Source: Camelus ferus (Eukaryota). Taken from it: a stretch of DNA of 64,000 nucleotides. The stretch covers positions 54,066,001 through 54,130,000 of the forward strand of contig NC_045696.1 of NCBI RefSeq assembly GCF_009834535.1, in the 5' to 3' direction. A model generated the notes under the pieces. The model was not told the DNA's origin and did no database searches. It saw nothing but the letters and a program-made list of their open reading frames with translations. Shown piece after piece: positions 12,791 to 26,067 of this stretch (its first letter is position 1; every line of letters starts with the position of its first letter). The position numbers and the translations under genes were made by a program.

Positions 12791-13624
12791 TTACTCTTGT
12801 TAGAAGACTGTAGGAAGGCCACTGGATCTAGAAAGAAAAGCCAGTTGTTTTCAGATTGGGCAAAGGAATCAGTCAAAGTGGGTTCCTCCTTGTTAAACAT
12901 AGCGTTACATTACTCAAATTCAGTGTAAAACAAATTTGGCTCTGGTTACATTGTCATAGTACTATTTAATGTAGAGTTATTACAAACAAAAGGAAATATT
13001 TAGGAAATGCAGTAACAGGAAGGCAAAGACCACGGGAGCCTTTGAGACTAATGTGCTGCTTAGGTCTTTCCAGCGTGGTCCAGGAGGTGGACAGCAGTTA
13101 AGAATAAGCCTTTACAGAGAAGGGACAGGCCATCTCTAAGGAGAGGAGGACAAGGCAGCTGAACCATCTTGAGTGTGCTTCATTTTCAGGACTATAGCTA
13201 AGAGGAGGAAGAATCAGCGAGAGCTTGTGTAAGGATGGCAGTGTGGGAATATTGCTGATAGAGTCAATGACTTTGATTCTAAGAGACATTTTCTTCCTGA
13301 TTTTTATGACGGGGAAGAAAGCATCTGGCACAAGCTTCAGGAAAGGTGTAATCTTTGAGTTAGTGCAGAGGGAAAAATCTACAGCAACAAGTCAAAGGAC
13401 TGCTGGTTAGACTTGGCAAAAATTGCCACTTAGAGGAGCGTGATTGAGAGAGGTGGGCGTGCATGCAGGAGTGTATACCACCAATTCAGGATGTCTGGGA
13501 AATGGCGGTGCGCTGGTTAATTGGACATTATGCTTTCCCAAGTGTTTCCATCATTATGCAGCACATATGGATTACCAATTTTCAGATAAATGAAATGTAT
13601 GTGGAATCTTAAAATATTCACAGA

Positions 13625-13780
13625 CTGTCTAGTCTACTGTTTTCATTTTATAGGTGAGGACATTTAGGTCCAGTTAGGAGTAACATGTGTGAAGTCACAG
13701 CTAATTAATAATGTAGCCAAGATCAGAACCCAGATCTCCTCATTTTTAGGTCAGCATTTATTTCCACTGCTCCATGCAGT
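13625..13780 (-). mobile_element. MIR SINE
   Basis: cattttataggtgaggacatttaggtccag...gtcacagctaatt...cagaacccagatctcct. Confidence 0.75.
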
Positions 13781-14509
13781 TACAGAAATCTTAACATTCT
13801 TGAAGCTTTTTTGGTGATTGAGAATTTTAAGCGGTTTGGAGGACATCATTACTGATAACTGTACTCTCCAGGCCAGGCTAAAGGACAGAAGTTAGAGATA
13901 CAGGAGACTGGGTTGAATCTCTTCCCACTCAAAACAGTGCCTCATAACTTCCTATGAGAAACAAACTGTTGATAGTTGCTTGTTCATTTATCATTTGCTT
14001 CCCTCTCATAAACTGTTTTATAAAATATGCAAATGAAAGTGATTAGGCTTTGTGAGTGTTTGCAGAAACAGTAGTTTTCGATGGAAATTTAGAAATGAAA
14101 GAGGTGCGTAGAAAAGCATTTGAAAATAGTATGATTAAAAGAAAACTCATTACATATCTTAGAAGCAACTGCCCACAGGCTTAAATTTCAGTTTTGCAAG
14201 GCTATCACAGTACAGGTTGACCTGACACTCGGTTAAAATATTGGAAGGCACAAGTGGAAAACATGCTAGAGGTAATTTTAGGGAAAATCCTCATTTGTTG
14301 AGGCCCCTGTCTCCACAGCTCACAAAATCTGTAATCAATCCATCTCACGACCAAGACTACTATAGAAATATTATTTTGGGGCATTACTTCCAATTGAAAA
14401 TATAAAGCGGACTTTAAAAAAAATAATGTTTATTCAATCACACTAATAAATTTATATTAGTCTCAAGACATAGTGATAGAATTAAGGGTTGGGAGTCTAA
14501 GGTAGATTT

Positions 14510-14677
14510 CTAGAACAGACTTCTCATACTCAAATGTGCACATCCATCAACTAGGGAACTTGTCAAAATGTGGGTTTAGTACATCTGGGGTGGGAACCAC
14601 TATCCACATTTCTAAATTTCCCCCAAGAGATGCTAACTGCTGGTCCATGGACCACATTTTGATGAGGAAGGGTTGAG
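14510..14677. mobile_element. MER5A-like hAT-Charlie element
   Basis: ttctcatactcaaatgtgcacat...gggaacttgtcaaaatg...tgctggtccatggaccacattttga. Confidence 0.75.
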
Positions 14678-14850
14678 ATGAGTGGGAAGAAAGGGGAGGG
14701 GCAAGAGAGCTCTATGACCCCGGGAAATCAAGTCTTATGGTTGATCTGTTTCTCACTAGAAACACTAATAATAACTACTGTATATCAAAGTGAAGAGACT
14801 TTGGTTAAGGATTTATAACTAAAAGCCAATATGTTTTGGTGCTGAAAAGA

Positions 14851-14853
<3 letters not shown>

Positions 14854-14881
<28 letters not shown>
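14854..14881. repeat. (TG)14 microsatellite
   Basis: Directly visible. Confidence 0.95.
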
Positions 14882-14909
14882 ACTGTGAATGAGCACCCAG
14901 TCTTCACAG

Positions 14910-15492
14910 CTATCCTCCTCACAGCAGTCAGAGTAATCTTTATAAAATGCTAAATCACCATGTCACTCCCTTTGAAAAAATTCTTTCAGTAGCCCCCTTT
15001 GCTGTAGAGACACTGTGAAAACTCTTAAAATAGTTTACATCGTTCTCCTGGATCTGGCTACTGTCTCGTGTTTTATCACTCTTTAAATACACCAAACATC
15101 TCTTTGTCCTTTCAATAATATGTTTTCTCTCCCTTCACAATACCACTCACAATACCACTCCTTCTTCCTGAAACATTGTTTCTCTTCCCCCACCATTCTA
15201 CTCTTTCTTTTCTTCACTTACTATCCCTTTTCATCTCTCCAGGGATGTCTTCCTCAATACCTGACATCAAGTATAAGAGCCTCTGCTGTATAATTTCACA
15301 GCATTTTTCTTTTACCCTATATAACGCATCATATTGTCATGGTCCATTTACTTGAAAGTCCTCCCTACTGTACTCAAATCTCCTTGGGGACAGAGACCAT
15401 GTCTTTTTTTTGCCTGTTATTTTAGCCTCTTTTCTTAGCTTGAAACTCTCTAGGCAAACAGTTAATAACTACTGAATAAATAAATGAATGAG
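14910..15492 (+). mobile_element. L2 3' region
   Basis: acagcagtcagagtaatctttataaaatg...catgtcactccc...ctccttggggacagagaccatgtc...ctgaataaataaatgaatga. Contains a 12-bp tandem duplication at 15135-15160. Confidence 0.8.
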
Positions 15493-16559
15493 TAACAACT
15501 GCAATCCTGGATGGAAGACTGGAAGAGGGACAATGTAAGACACTGTCCAGAGACCAGAAATTGTTAGCTGGGATAACCTAACAGGGTTTGGGCAGCCAGA
15601 AAGCTTTTTTTTTTTTTTTTCCCCCTAGAAAAAGATGCCCAAGATCATGAAGCATCCATGTTGGGCAAATGAAATCAGGAAGGTAGGTGGGGAAGGAGGC
15701 AGTTTTAAAGGGGTGGTGAAGAGTATAGAAGACAAAGTGCATAGATCTAATTGTGGTTCTTCTGGGGCTATTCAGACAACGTAACAGAACATACTGAGCA
15801 GAGAGAAAACCTGCACTTAGGATAGAGAAAAGGTTGAGGGGAATGGAAGCTGGAATAAAATATCTTCCCCAAATCCTTGCAGAAGCAAAGGATAGCTACA
15901 CTGGGAAGCCTGAGACTGCTGACAGTATGGATTTAGGAGGCACTTAATTGCTTAAATACTTTAAGATGTGAGAACAGGCTTGTAATAGTTTACAGAACCA
16001 AAATAACATCTTGTGCGACCCATGTGACAATTAAGGGCATATTTGTGAAATATTTTATGTCCAGAATAGAATAGGCAGGAAGAGAAGAGAGGAGATGCAA
16101 AGGGCTCCTAAAATAAAGCTCGCCTTGGGGCTTGTGCATGCAGGATGATGACAAGTCAGGGAGATGCTCCCTAGTTTTCATTGGTGACACTTCTGACACT
16201 TGGATTTGTATTCTCAGGATATCCTCTAAAACTGTCATTTTCAAACTTTCTAATAAGCAGTGACCCTTTTGTCAAGTAAAATATTACCTCTTGGAAAGGA
16301 AAATATAATCAGGTTGAAAGGAGGCCTGTGGAAATGAACAATGAGTCTAGCCCCCTGCACCCTCCCAACATCCCATCTTGGGTTCCTGGCAGAACCTCAA
16401 GGCTCTGGAACACACTCTCACAGTCCAGTTTCTTCTGCCTCTCAGGACAGGTACTGGTCCCCCTCCCCACACATTAGGGTGACTTACATTTGCACAGACC
16501 CTATGGACTGCTTATCCCGGTGATATTTTGAAAGTTTAAATTCAGCTTTGACTCCAAAT

Positions 16560-16720
16560 GATATATATATTTATATTTATATTTATATTTATATTTATAA
16601 AATTATATATATAAAATTCACATATGTATATATTTATATATATTATAAATTTCATATATATATACCCACTTATGTACATATTATGTTTGTCTGCTTATCT
16701 ATCTACGTACCTATTTATCT
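16560..16720. repeat. AT-rich low-complexity tract, (TATATT)n/(TA)n
   Basis: Directly visible. Confidence 0.85.
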
Positions 16721-17637
16721 ATCTGAATGGTTGTACTATTTACCATTAGGTATAAACAAATACAAAGATTTATTACATATCAACTTTTAAGGGAAACAAA
16801 AGGCAACAGTAGTAAATTTTTTCAATTTTAATTTTGTTTGTTATCAATCACATTCTAACAGAGTTCTGTGTTTCTAATTTACTCTGGATCTTTTTAACTC
16901 AATGACCTTGCCAGTGAGTAATCAATACCAATCGATAATGCATCTGGCCTTCATGAAGAGATCCTCTAGAAGAGATTTTTAATAAGCTGTTGAACCTTAA
17001 AAGAGTACCTAACAGTCACTCCCTAAATATTTGTTGAAAGATCTACTGAATAAATGAGTGTTGGCTTTTGTTTTTCTTTTTTAAAATTATGATTTCACTA
17101 TGCAAGCCATGATAGGGTCTGATATATCCATCGCTGTGGACCTGGAGACAGAAGGTCTGGGTTGAGTGCCAAGTCCAGATAATCTCTTGTTTGATGCTAG
17201 GTCCCATTTTCATTTTTTGTAAAGGTCAGGTAGCAAGGAACTCCTTAAAACTATGCACTGCTATAAGTACGTCAGTGACTCTCTTGGGTAGTGTCTGCAC
17301 TCCTGTTGAGCCCTACAGAGCATCTCCTTGGGAATGCCAAGGAGAAGAGCAGGATTTCTCTGGACTTTTTTTTCTCTCTAGTGAGTATTTCCCTTGTTCA
17401 TAACAATTCTGTCTAAAATCAGTAGGAGTGACTTTATCCCCTGATATTCTCTCTAGTCAGAAATGTGTCTTAGTTTAAGACGATCCTCTAACCCCTACTT
17501 TCTAATGAGTATTTTATTAACATTGAAAGGATTAAATTATCTTTGCTTTCTGGCAAAAAATTAGACTTTTACCTGCCTTTGTAACTCCCAGCAAAAATTA
17601 CTTTTTTAAAGCAAGAGTAACCTTTAAAAGGTCTGCA

Positions 17638-17996
17638 TGCAATAGAATAAATGTTTGTGTCTCCTCTTCCAAATTCATATGTTAAATTCTAAACCCCCAA
17701 AGTGCTGATATTAGGAGTTTGGGAGGTGACTGTGTCATGAGGGTGGAGCCCTGAGAAATGGGATTAGTGCCCTTAGCAAAGAGACCCCAGAGGGTCCCTG
17801 TACCCCTCCCACCACATGAAAACACAGTGAGAAGTAGGTCTACGAACCAGGACATGGGATCTCACCAGACACCATATCTGCCAGTGTCTACACTATAGAT
17901 TTTCTAGCCTCCAAAACTGTGAGAAATACATTTCTGTTGTTTATAAGCCACCTAGTCTATAGTATCCTGTTATAGCAGCTGGACTGAACTTAAGAA
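17638..17996 (+). mobile_element. MLT1A/MLT1A0 solo LTR, near full length
   Basis: tgcaatagaataaatgtttgtgtc...aaattcatatgtt...catgagggtggagccct...aactgtgagaaatacatttctgttgtttataagccacctagtct...gaacttaaga. Confidence 0.9.
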
Positions 17997-18224
17997 GTCT
18001 CTAATTGACTGTCTGAGGACTATCAGTCAGCCTCCCTGATAATAGGTTGAATGCCTCGACCTTTTGTACTCAGAACAAGAAGAGATCATTTCTCTCAAAG
18101 GGCTGTAAAGGTGAACAGTGTCATATAGGGCATATACTATACTATCAAGATGTACTTCATAAATTGTACCCGCAATACAGAATTCAGGAACCAAATGCCG
18201 AATATAACATAGCAAGATTCAGTT

Positions 18225-18314
18225 AATTTTTTTTTAAATGGAAGTACCGGACATTGGACCCAGGTCCTCATGCATGCCAAGCATGTGCTCCACCACTAGA
18301 GTTATACCTTCCTC
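18225..18314 (-). mobile_element. Vic-1-type SINE, short diverged copy
   Basis: Poly-T followed by aaatggaagtaccggacattggacccaggtcctcatgcatgccaagcatgtgctccaccactagagttataccttcc. Confidence 0.85.
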
Positions 18315-18469
18315 TCAATTAAATGTTAATTAACATTTTTGCACTTCTCTTTAAAAATGATTCTTTACCATATAGCTGTGTCCAGACTATACTTAAGCAG
18401 AAGGCTGATAACCTAAGATTTTCTGATTGATTTAGAGAGAAGCATCATTTTTTGAGTTCAGAGTATATG

Positions 18470-18660
18470 CCATATGAGTTTATTTAATCTTTATAACTGC
18501 CTCAGGAAGAAGGTATTTTCCTGTCCATTTGATAGACCTAAGTTTTAAAGCTCAGTCAACTTAATAACTTGCCCACAGTTATGCAACACAAAAGCAGTGT
18601 AGTGGGATTTGAATCCAGGTGTGAAAGCTTTAAATCACCAACCTCTCTCTCTAACACCAT
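18470..18660 (-). mobile_element. MIR SINE
   Basis: atttaatctttataac...taataacttgcccacagttatgcaac...gggatttgaatccaggt. Confidence 0.7.
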
Positions 18661-19779
18661 TTAGTTTCCCAAAAGATAAAAAGGTAACTTTTAAAAGATA
18701 CAGAACTTTAAATTTTGATATAGAGCACACTTATATATAGATTAGATTAAGATCTAATATAGAATGCTAGATTTAGAATAAACTTCAGGTATAGAGGACA
18801 AAATATTTAGCCCAAATCAGAAAATTGTCATTAAATACATATTTTGTAAGTGCCCTCTGCAAGGCTGGTAAATGCTAGTTACTTGATTTTACAACTGAAA
18901 CCAAGACATAATTTACTTACAATATTCCTGGCAGTGGTCTTCTAGACTTCAATATTCCCAGCACCTGCCAGGTCCAACAATCTGCCAGCAAAACTATGTA
19001 GATGAAAGATGGACCTTATATCTCTAAGATTTTATTTAACTCTAAAGATAAATAAAAATAATAAAACCAAAGCATTGATTCTTTCTTCTTCTTTAAGCAC
19101 TGAAAAATAGAATAGAATGCTCTTTAGTTCATTATATTTTCAGAATTTGATCACCCTTGCCCTCTTTTGAGAAAGTGGAAGCAGAGATCAGAACAAGAGG
19201 AAAACCAAGGGAGTCTACGACTTAGTTGGCTTCACATCTCACATCCCCATCCAATTTAGGCAGCTAGGGGCTAATATTTGAAACAGAAAACAAGCAGAAT
19301 AGCTAGCCACCCAGTACGTTATTGAATGACGCCAGGCTTTGATTTTTCCAGCTAAAAATATGAGTCATGTGTAGTGTACCCCTCATTAAAACTCTAAGTC
19401 ACCCTTAACATTAGAAACATGCTTGAGTTCCACAGCCCATGCCCCACTCCAGTAGCAATGAAGGACTGATACTGGTACACATGTCTTCTCACCCAAAACC
19501 AATGGGGACACAAAGCAGTGAAACTGCAAGACAGATTCCTATTTCAGAACTGTCCCTATAAAGGCAGGCATTGTTATGTGGATGTTGAGCCTGAAATAAG
19601 GATAACATCTGAACACTATTTTGCAGAAAACTTAGACAGACTAGACATATAGATGAAAGATAAACAGATAATCTGAAAATTAGCACAAAGCTTATAACTA
19701 TATTTTAATTACTTTGAGTGATTTTATGAGTTTTGATTTGTGTAAATGATGGACATGAACATTCATCCCAGAAATGGAT

Positions 19780-19798
19780 CTAGCGCCCTCTTGTGGAA
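19780..19798 (-). promoter_or_regulatory. CTCF motif
   Basis: Minus strand TTCCACAAGAGGGCGCTAG closely matches the CTCF core CCASYAGRKGGCRSY. Binding is not demonstrated. Confidence 0.65.
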
Positions 19799-19989
19799 AG
19801 CTGTTGTTGCCCATGGTAATGACCCTCAGGGCGGCAGGGGATTCATGCCTCAAGGATACTGCCAGTAGCAGTAAAATGAAACATCAGATTCCTTTCAACA
19901 ATAACCATAAGAAGGCACAGAGTCAGACTATGATGCTTCCGATATAGCCTCCTTAGCAAATAAATTAAATAAATAAATAACCCCCACCT

Positions 19990-20130
19990 TATTTCAGTGA
20001 GCACTTCACCATGTGCCAGGAACTTTGCATACACGTTTTTGTTTGTGCTTAGGAAAACATTTCAAAGGTGGATTTCTTTTCCCTACTTCCTCCATTAGGA
20101 AACTGAGGCCTCTAGGGGTTAGGAAATATG
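19990..20130 (-). mobile_element. MIR SINE
   Basis: gagcacttcaccatgtgccaggaactttgcatac...ggaaactgaggcctctaggggttagg. Confidence 0.65.
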
Positions 20131-20659
20131 TAAATATGAATAAAGAATATTGGTAGACTTGTCTATGTCTGTCTTCTGGCTGCAGTTAGATGCACGAGCC
20201 CTGACTCGAAGAACAGGACACACATGTCCTCTAGGACAGGGCTCACCTGTGGGACCGCAACTTGTGCACTTGTGTTTAAAACAACAGAGCTGGGAATCTG
20301 ACTGGGGTGAACTTGATTCCCACCCCTAAACTTTATGAAATAGTCACTCCCTCTTTGCTCATTTCCTACTATGCATTTATCTGTTCTTTACACATTGTAG
20401 GTTAATTATCAACTTTAGCCCTCATTTTGCATTCTGCTTTTCTTAATGATATTCACGTTTGCTACCTTGTTTTGTGGACCCTGTTCTGGAGGAGTCATGT
20501 ATCCTCCTTTTTTTTTTTTTTTTTTTTTTTTTTTGAGTCAGAGCAGATGTACTGAACTTTAGACAGAAAACAAACATATACATAGCTACTAGCATCCTTT
20601 CATCTGCATGTAAATACTACCCCTTAATTTACTGTACACGGGCATTCAAAACTACCTTC

Positions 20660-20852
20660 TGTATTTTACTGACAATAGATGGTATGGACTATAAGATGCA
20701 CTGTTATTTTATGAGTCACTAAGAAAGAAACATATACGACCAATTCAATTATAATAGGATGCTATCTTATCAACTCTAAGATATAATTCAATTTTAGAAA
20801 TATTAATTTGTGAATAAAATGTATGTGGTCTTAGAATTGACGAAATCTGGTA
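20660..20852 (-). mobile_element. MER104 (TcMar-Tc2) DNA transposon
   Basis: taagatgcactgttattttatg...actaagaaagaaa...aattataat...gtcttagaattgacgaaatctggta is the reverse complement of the recalled MER104 consensus. Confidence 0.75.
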
Positions 20853-20989
20853 TGTGTTACATAGCTCTTGTAGCTGGCTATATTGACTAAGTATTCTTTG
20901 CATGGATCTAATTTACGCACGCAACTCACTACTCCTCGACCTTTTATACAAGTTCCAGTGTGCATGTATAGGCAGGCTGGCCCTGTGTT

Positions 20990-21200
20990 TGATCATACAG
21001 ACCTGGGAACCAGACTGACCTCTTCCACTTACTAGCTGATGCCCCTTGGGAAAGTTTCTTAACCTTTCAGTGGGTCATATTCTCTTCTCTAAAACACAGA
21101 TAATAAAATCTAACTTATCATGAGGATTAAATGAGTGAAACAGTGCCTTGCACGCATTAAGTGCTTAAAATGTATTTACTGTGAACATAGCTGTTATTAC
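20990..21200 (+). mobile_element. MIR SINE
   Basis: acagacctggg...ccacttactagctg...tgaggattaaatgag...cagtgccttgcacgcattaagtgctt. Confidence 0.8.
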
Positions 21201-21707
21201 GATCACAGAGTACACGAAGATGTGAGCTTTGCTGAACTCCTGATGCAAATCTTCACAATGCCCAGAGCATTCCATCTCAACTTCAAGATGCAAACCTTTA
21301 GAAGCATGCAGCTGTTCCAGACATCAAGAATGCATGCTGAGGCCATAATCACGCCAGTTCTACAAACTGCCATGAAAGCCAGTCCTTCCAAGTCTTATAT
21401 CCCCAGAGGACATACACACTGATTCACAGAGAATCTGCTGTTTCTTAAGTATATCCACTTTCCATAAATTTACAATTAATATTAATCTTGATCTTGAAAA
21501 TGAGCTGTGAACCAAAGCAAATCGCCTTAAAACCAGATTTTCATTAATGAGGAGATTTACTATAAGTTTCTCCCCGCCTACTTTTCTTACTTGGCTTTTG
21601 TGAGAAACTGCACAGCATCTTTCACTGGTGAGATCTGTACCGTGACTGCTAACACATGGTTGAGAGCACTTTTGTACTTAATTAGTGGAGAAACACAAGC
21701 AAAGGTA

Positions 21708-22072
21708 GTATTTTCCTTTCTCTTTCTGGCTTAACTTCACTTAGAATGATGATCTCCAGGCCCATCCATGTTGCTGCAAATGGCATTATTTTATTCTTTT
21801 TTTATAGCTGAGTAGTATTCCATTGTATAAATACACTGCAGCTTCGTTATCCAGTCATCTGTATACTAACTACTAGATATAAATTAGGTAAATAACAAAC
21901 TTCTACAATATAGTACAGGGAACTATATTCAATATCTTGTAGTAATCTATAATGAATAAGAATATGAAAAGGAATACATGTAAGTATATGTATGACTAAA
22001 ACAGTATACTGTAAACCAGAGATTGACACAACATTGTAAACTGACTATACTTCAAAAAAAATTCAAAAAAAA
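21708..22072 (+). mobile_element. 5'-inverted L1 insertion (antisense 21708-21862, then sense 3' end 21863-22072 with A-tail)
   Basis: The first segment is collinear with the antisense L1 text at ~34666-34816. The second is a sense L1 3' UTR (tacagggaactatattcaatatcttgta...actgactatacttcaaaaaaa). Confidence 0.85.
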
Positions 22073-22824
22073 GAGTAAAGGCAGAACCTCATTCATTTCC
22101 CTCTGATCTCTTGCTATGATGTCATATGCTGACAGCGGGCCCACACATAGCCACATGTCTGACAAGTGCACCATACAGCTCAAGGCCGAGGCAGTCTTGA
22201 ACCTACCATCCCTCCTCATGCACACCCTGAACATCAACATGTACGGATGCTCACCTCAAGCAGTCACTGAAGATCAGACACACTTAGAGAGCTGCCAGTA
22301 CGCCCATTCCTCCAGCTTCTGCCTCTCCACCCCTCCTCATTCTCCTTGCTTATACTTGCTTGAGCTGTGTGTGTGAAGTGGATGCATTTACCCACGGCTC
22401 TAGCAAGAATCTCCTTTTCTGTTTCCTCTAGGTACTGTAGTTCCTTTAAACATTAGGCCAAAAGAATGTATCTAGCACCCAGTTTCCAAGTACATCTGAG
22501 ATGGGCCAATGGGGTTTTTCTATGGAGGAAAATCCGAAGTCACTTATCAGGAACACATTAAACTAAAGGCATGCTCTCATCTGTTTCTCCTATTCATCTC
22601 TTTTCTACTTACTGTTCTTAAATAAAAAGAGAGCAGGGAAAGACAGCATGTCGTAGCACAGTCCAGTGTAATGCAGCTATCCTGTGCAATCTGACCACAT
22701 GTCTTTTCATACGGAAATGGGTGACAAGTAGAAATCATGAATCATGGGACTGTCTAGGCAATCAAGGCCCTCGGCTTTGTCAGTAGCATTTTCAGCTCTA
22801 GCCACTTCTAATTTTACTTTTGAA

Positions 22825-23044
22825 TTTTTAAAAATGTATTATTTTATTAAAGTCTAGTTGATTTACAATGTGTTAGATTCTGCTGTACAGCATAGTGATT
22901 CAGTTATACATATACATTCTTTTTCATATTCTTTTCATTCTAGGTTATTACAAGATATCAAATATAGTTCCCTGTGCTATACAGTAGGACCTTGCTGTTT
23001 ATCTATTTTATATAGAGTAGTGTGTATCTACTAATCCCAAACTC
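22825..23044 (-). mobile_element. 5'-truncated L1 3' end with 17-bp TSD
   Basis: tctagttgatttacaatg...atatagttccctgtgctatacagtaggacc. TSD ctaattttacttttgaa at 22808-22824 and 23045-23061. Confidence 0.9.
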
Positions 23045-25209
23045 CTAATTTTACTTTTGAAATTTTAATTCACCTTTTTCTTTGTATTTATATTTAGGCT
23101 CTCTTTCCCTGAGATTTCCCATCTATCAATCCAGACAGCCTGCTACATGTCCTGGAGTCTACTAAATCATCTATGATCTCAGTCTGCAAACATCTCATGG
23201 CATAAACAAGCAACCATTAGACAAACCATAGATGCACAGAGATGATTTCAGTCTCCAACTCGTAAGAGAAATAATGCACGTTTTCTCTCGATCTTGGTTC
23301 TCCCCATTTATTTCTCTTTTTCCTGCCCTTGAAATTTTTCTTGCTCATGTCAGGTTGAAAATGTCAAATTCTAATCATTTAAATATGAACTGAAGGCAAG
23401 GAGCTCTAAGGACCATGTCCCAGGTTCTGGGTTATCACACATAAGACTCGGGCCCTTGTATCTGAATGACGTCCCTGAGGCAAGGAGCTGTCCTGAGTCT
23501 CGAGAATCTTTCAGTGTCTTAAATGTGGTTCTAATGGGCCAGCAGGATGTGAGTGAAGCTCTGGAGTGCGGGGCTCAAGAAGATCTACCTAGAGGAGTAA
23601 AGGCAACATTGAAACTGCCTACCACTTTTATGGGATTTGCAGGGAATAAAACTATTCATTTATTCATGTTTAACAATGTAACAATTATTTAACAAGTAGT
23701 TGCTATGTGCTACATCCAGGCTAGATGCATGGGATACACATCTGCACCATCATTGTCCGATTTTCGGGGTATTTACAATGTACCAGACACTGTTCTAAGT
23801 TCTTTGCTTTTGAGAAATACTAAATAAAATATAGTTTCCATACTCAAGGAGCCATCATTTTCCTCTCTCTCATGCTCAAGAGTTTCCTTCCCAGGGACTT
23901 TGAGGAAATAGCTGGGTTTTTACCACTAACTCTCTCTAACTGGAATGAGAGCAGAATTTATTTGGGATCTCCCATCTGGTAGTCAATATTACCAATGGCA
24001 ACCCATTTTGTACATTTAATCTCTTTCCTTTCATTATGTTTCAAACTTTTCAAGGTGGAATATGTGGAGGCAGCAAGGCACGGAGGACAACATGGCAGAA
24101 TCGTGAGACACCTACAGGTCTGCTTTCTGTTAGTCACAGCTCACACGACACCTGCATTGGGCCAGTTGAAAATAACCAACAAAATGACACATTGCACACA
24201 TGTCTGAAGGCAGACATTTCCAAGAAGACTTCTACCGCTTTCTTTAAAAACAACAAAACAAACCAATACAAAAGCCTGAATGGAGAGAACAATCCAGCCC
24301 TGGTTACTAACTACAAGAAAAAAAAAAAAAAAAGAGTTAACCATGGGACATTAGATATAACTCAAAACCAACGAAACATAAAGTAGCTTAGAAGGAGGTT
24401 GCTCTGGTCTTTACCACCCTTTCCTACAGCAGATCACTTCTTTCTGAAAATTAATGTCTGAAAAAACAAACACAAAAAAACCAAGAAATGCAATTCCACG
24501 GGCAGAGCGTGAAGCTGGTGAGATGTGAATAAAGAATGCTGAACAGCTCAGTAGGACCATTATCTATTTGTTTATTAAGCTTTCCAGTATAGTAGATTGA
24601 TCTGAAAATAACAGAACGTTTATGAAGCATGAAGCGTTTCCTAAGCTTTCAATTAAAATGAAATAAAACAAAATGCTGGATCTGTGTTCATTGTAGGAAA
24701 TCTCATTAGGGCACTGGTCATCACAGCCAGGCATGGCCTCATCGCCTTGTGCACCTCACTGCCCACTGGCTCAGCTCAGGCACCAAGTGTAAGTGGTGCA
24801 GCCCTTCGCTGACACGGTCTTTGTTTCCAGGGTGTAACATACCGCAGTGATCTCTTAATAACAAGACCAGCACTGTGACCCCACTTTATAGATGAAAAAA
24901 AAAAAAAAAAGTCTATCAACTGGCTTTCCATAGCATTTGTTGCAAAAAATTAGGAATAGAACATAACGTTCAAGAAACAATGTTAACTCCCTGAAACACT
25001 TAGCTATGCTTGTATTTTTGTGGTATCTTTTTCGCCAGCAGCTTGAACTAAGAGAGGGAAGCAGAGAAAAGAAGAGAGCATGACATGAAGAAGGGAAGAG
25101 AGCAAATCAGAGAATGAAACAGGCCAGTGACACGTGCTGACAGCTGGACGCCAGGGAGAACTGAGCAGGGCGGGGTGGAGCGTGGGCAGTAGGAGTGGTA
25201 TGAGAGCCA

Positions 25210-26067
25210 TGATATTATGATTTATAATTAGAAATATATATTTGGTTTTCACCCCTATTTCTGGCACAGAGCTCCTAAAACCCTTGGAATTTCCTAAGGG
25301 ACAACAAGAGCAATAAAGATGTCTTATTATTCATAACATGGCCCTTTCAACCACACCTGACTTTATGTTAATGATGTGACTTTACGATCCTCCCTAAATG
25401 TGAAGGCTGGTTGCCAGGGAACCATCAGATGATTGGCAGTTTGGAACTTTTAGCCCCACCCCTGGTCTCTGGGGAAGGAGAGGGACTGGAGATCGGGTTC
25501 ATTCACCAACGACCAATGATCTAATCAATCAAGCCTGTTATAAAACCTCCATAAAAAGCAAAAAAGACAGGATTCGGAGAGCTTCCAGGTTGGTGAACAT
25601 GTGGAGATTTGGGGAGAGGGCATGGAAACTCCACACCCCTTTCCACATACCTTGTTACGTTCTATTCCATCCAGCTGTTGCTAAGTTATGGCCTTTAATC
25701 GGACAGGAGTAACCTAATCAGAAAAATATTTTCCTGCTTTCTGTAAGCTGCTCTAGCAAATTAATCAAACTTGAGGAGAAGATCATGGGATTCTCTGATC
25801 TCTAGTTGGTGGGTTCAGAAACACAGGAAACAACCTGGACTTGTGATTGGCACCTAAAGTTGGGGGAGGGAGCTATTAGGACTGAGCCCTTAACCTGTGG
25901 GATTGGACGCTATCTCTGAGAACACGGTGTCAGAATTGAGTTGAACTGTAGGACACCCGGCTGGTGTTGCAGGGTTGCTAGGTATGTGGAAAGCCTTCAG
26001 GTCTGGGGTCAGAAGTAAAGTTGTGTTGCAGAAGAGTGTGAGAGAAAAGGAGATATATTTTCCTCAG
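25210..26067. mobile_element. MER21-family (ERVL) LTR
   Basis: tgatatt...ctggcacagagctcctaaaacccttggaatttcc...ggagagcttccaggttggtgaacatgtggag...ggactgagcccttaacctgtggg...gtcagaattgagttgaactgtaggacacc. Confidence 0.85.

Noticed and set aside
16548..16790. IY-repeat ORF
   Set aside because: AT-rich simple repeat.
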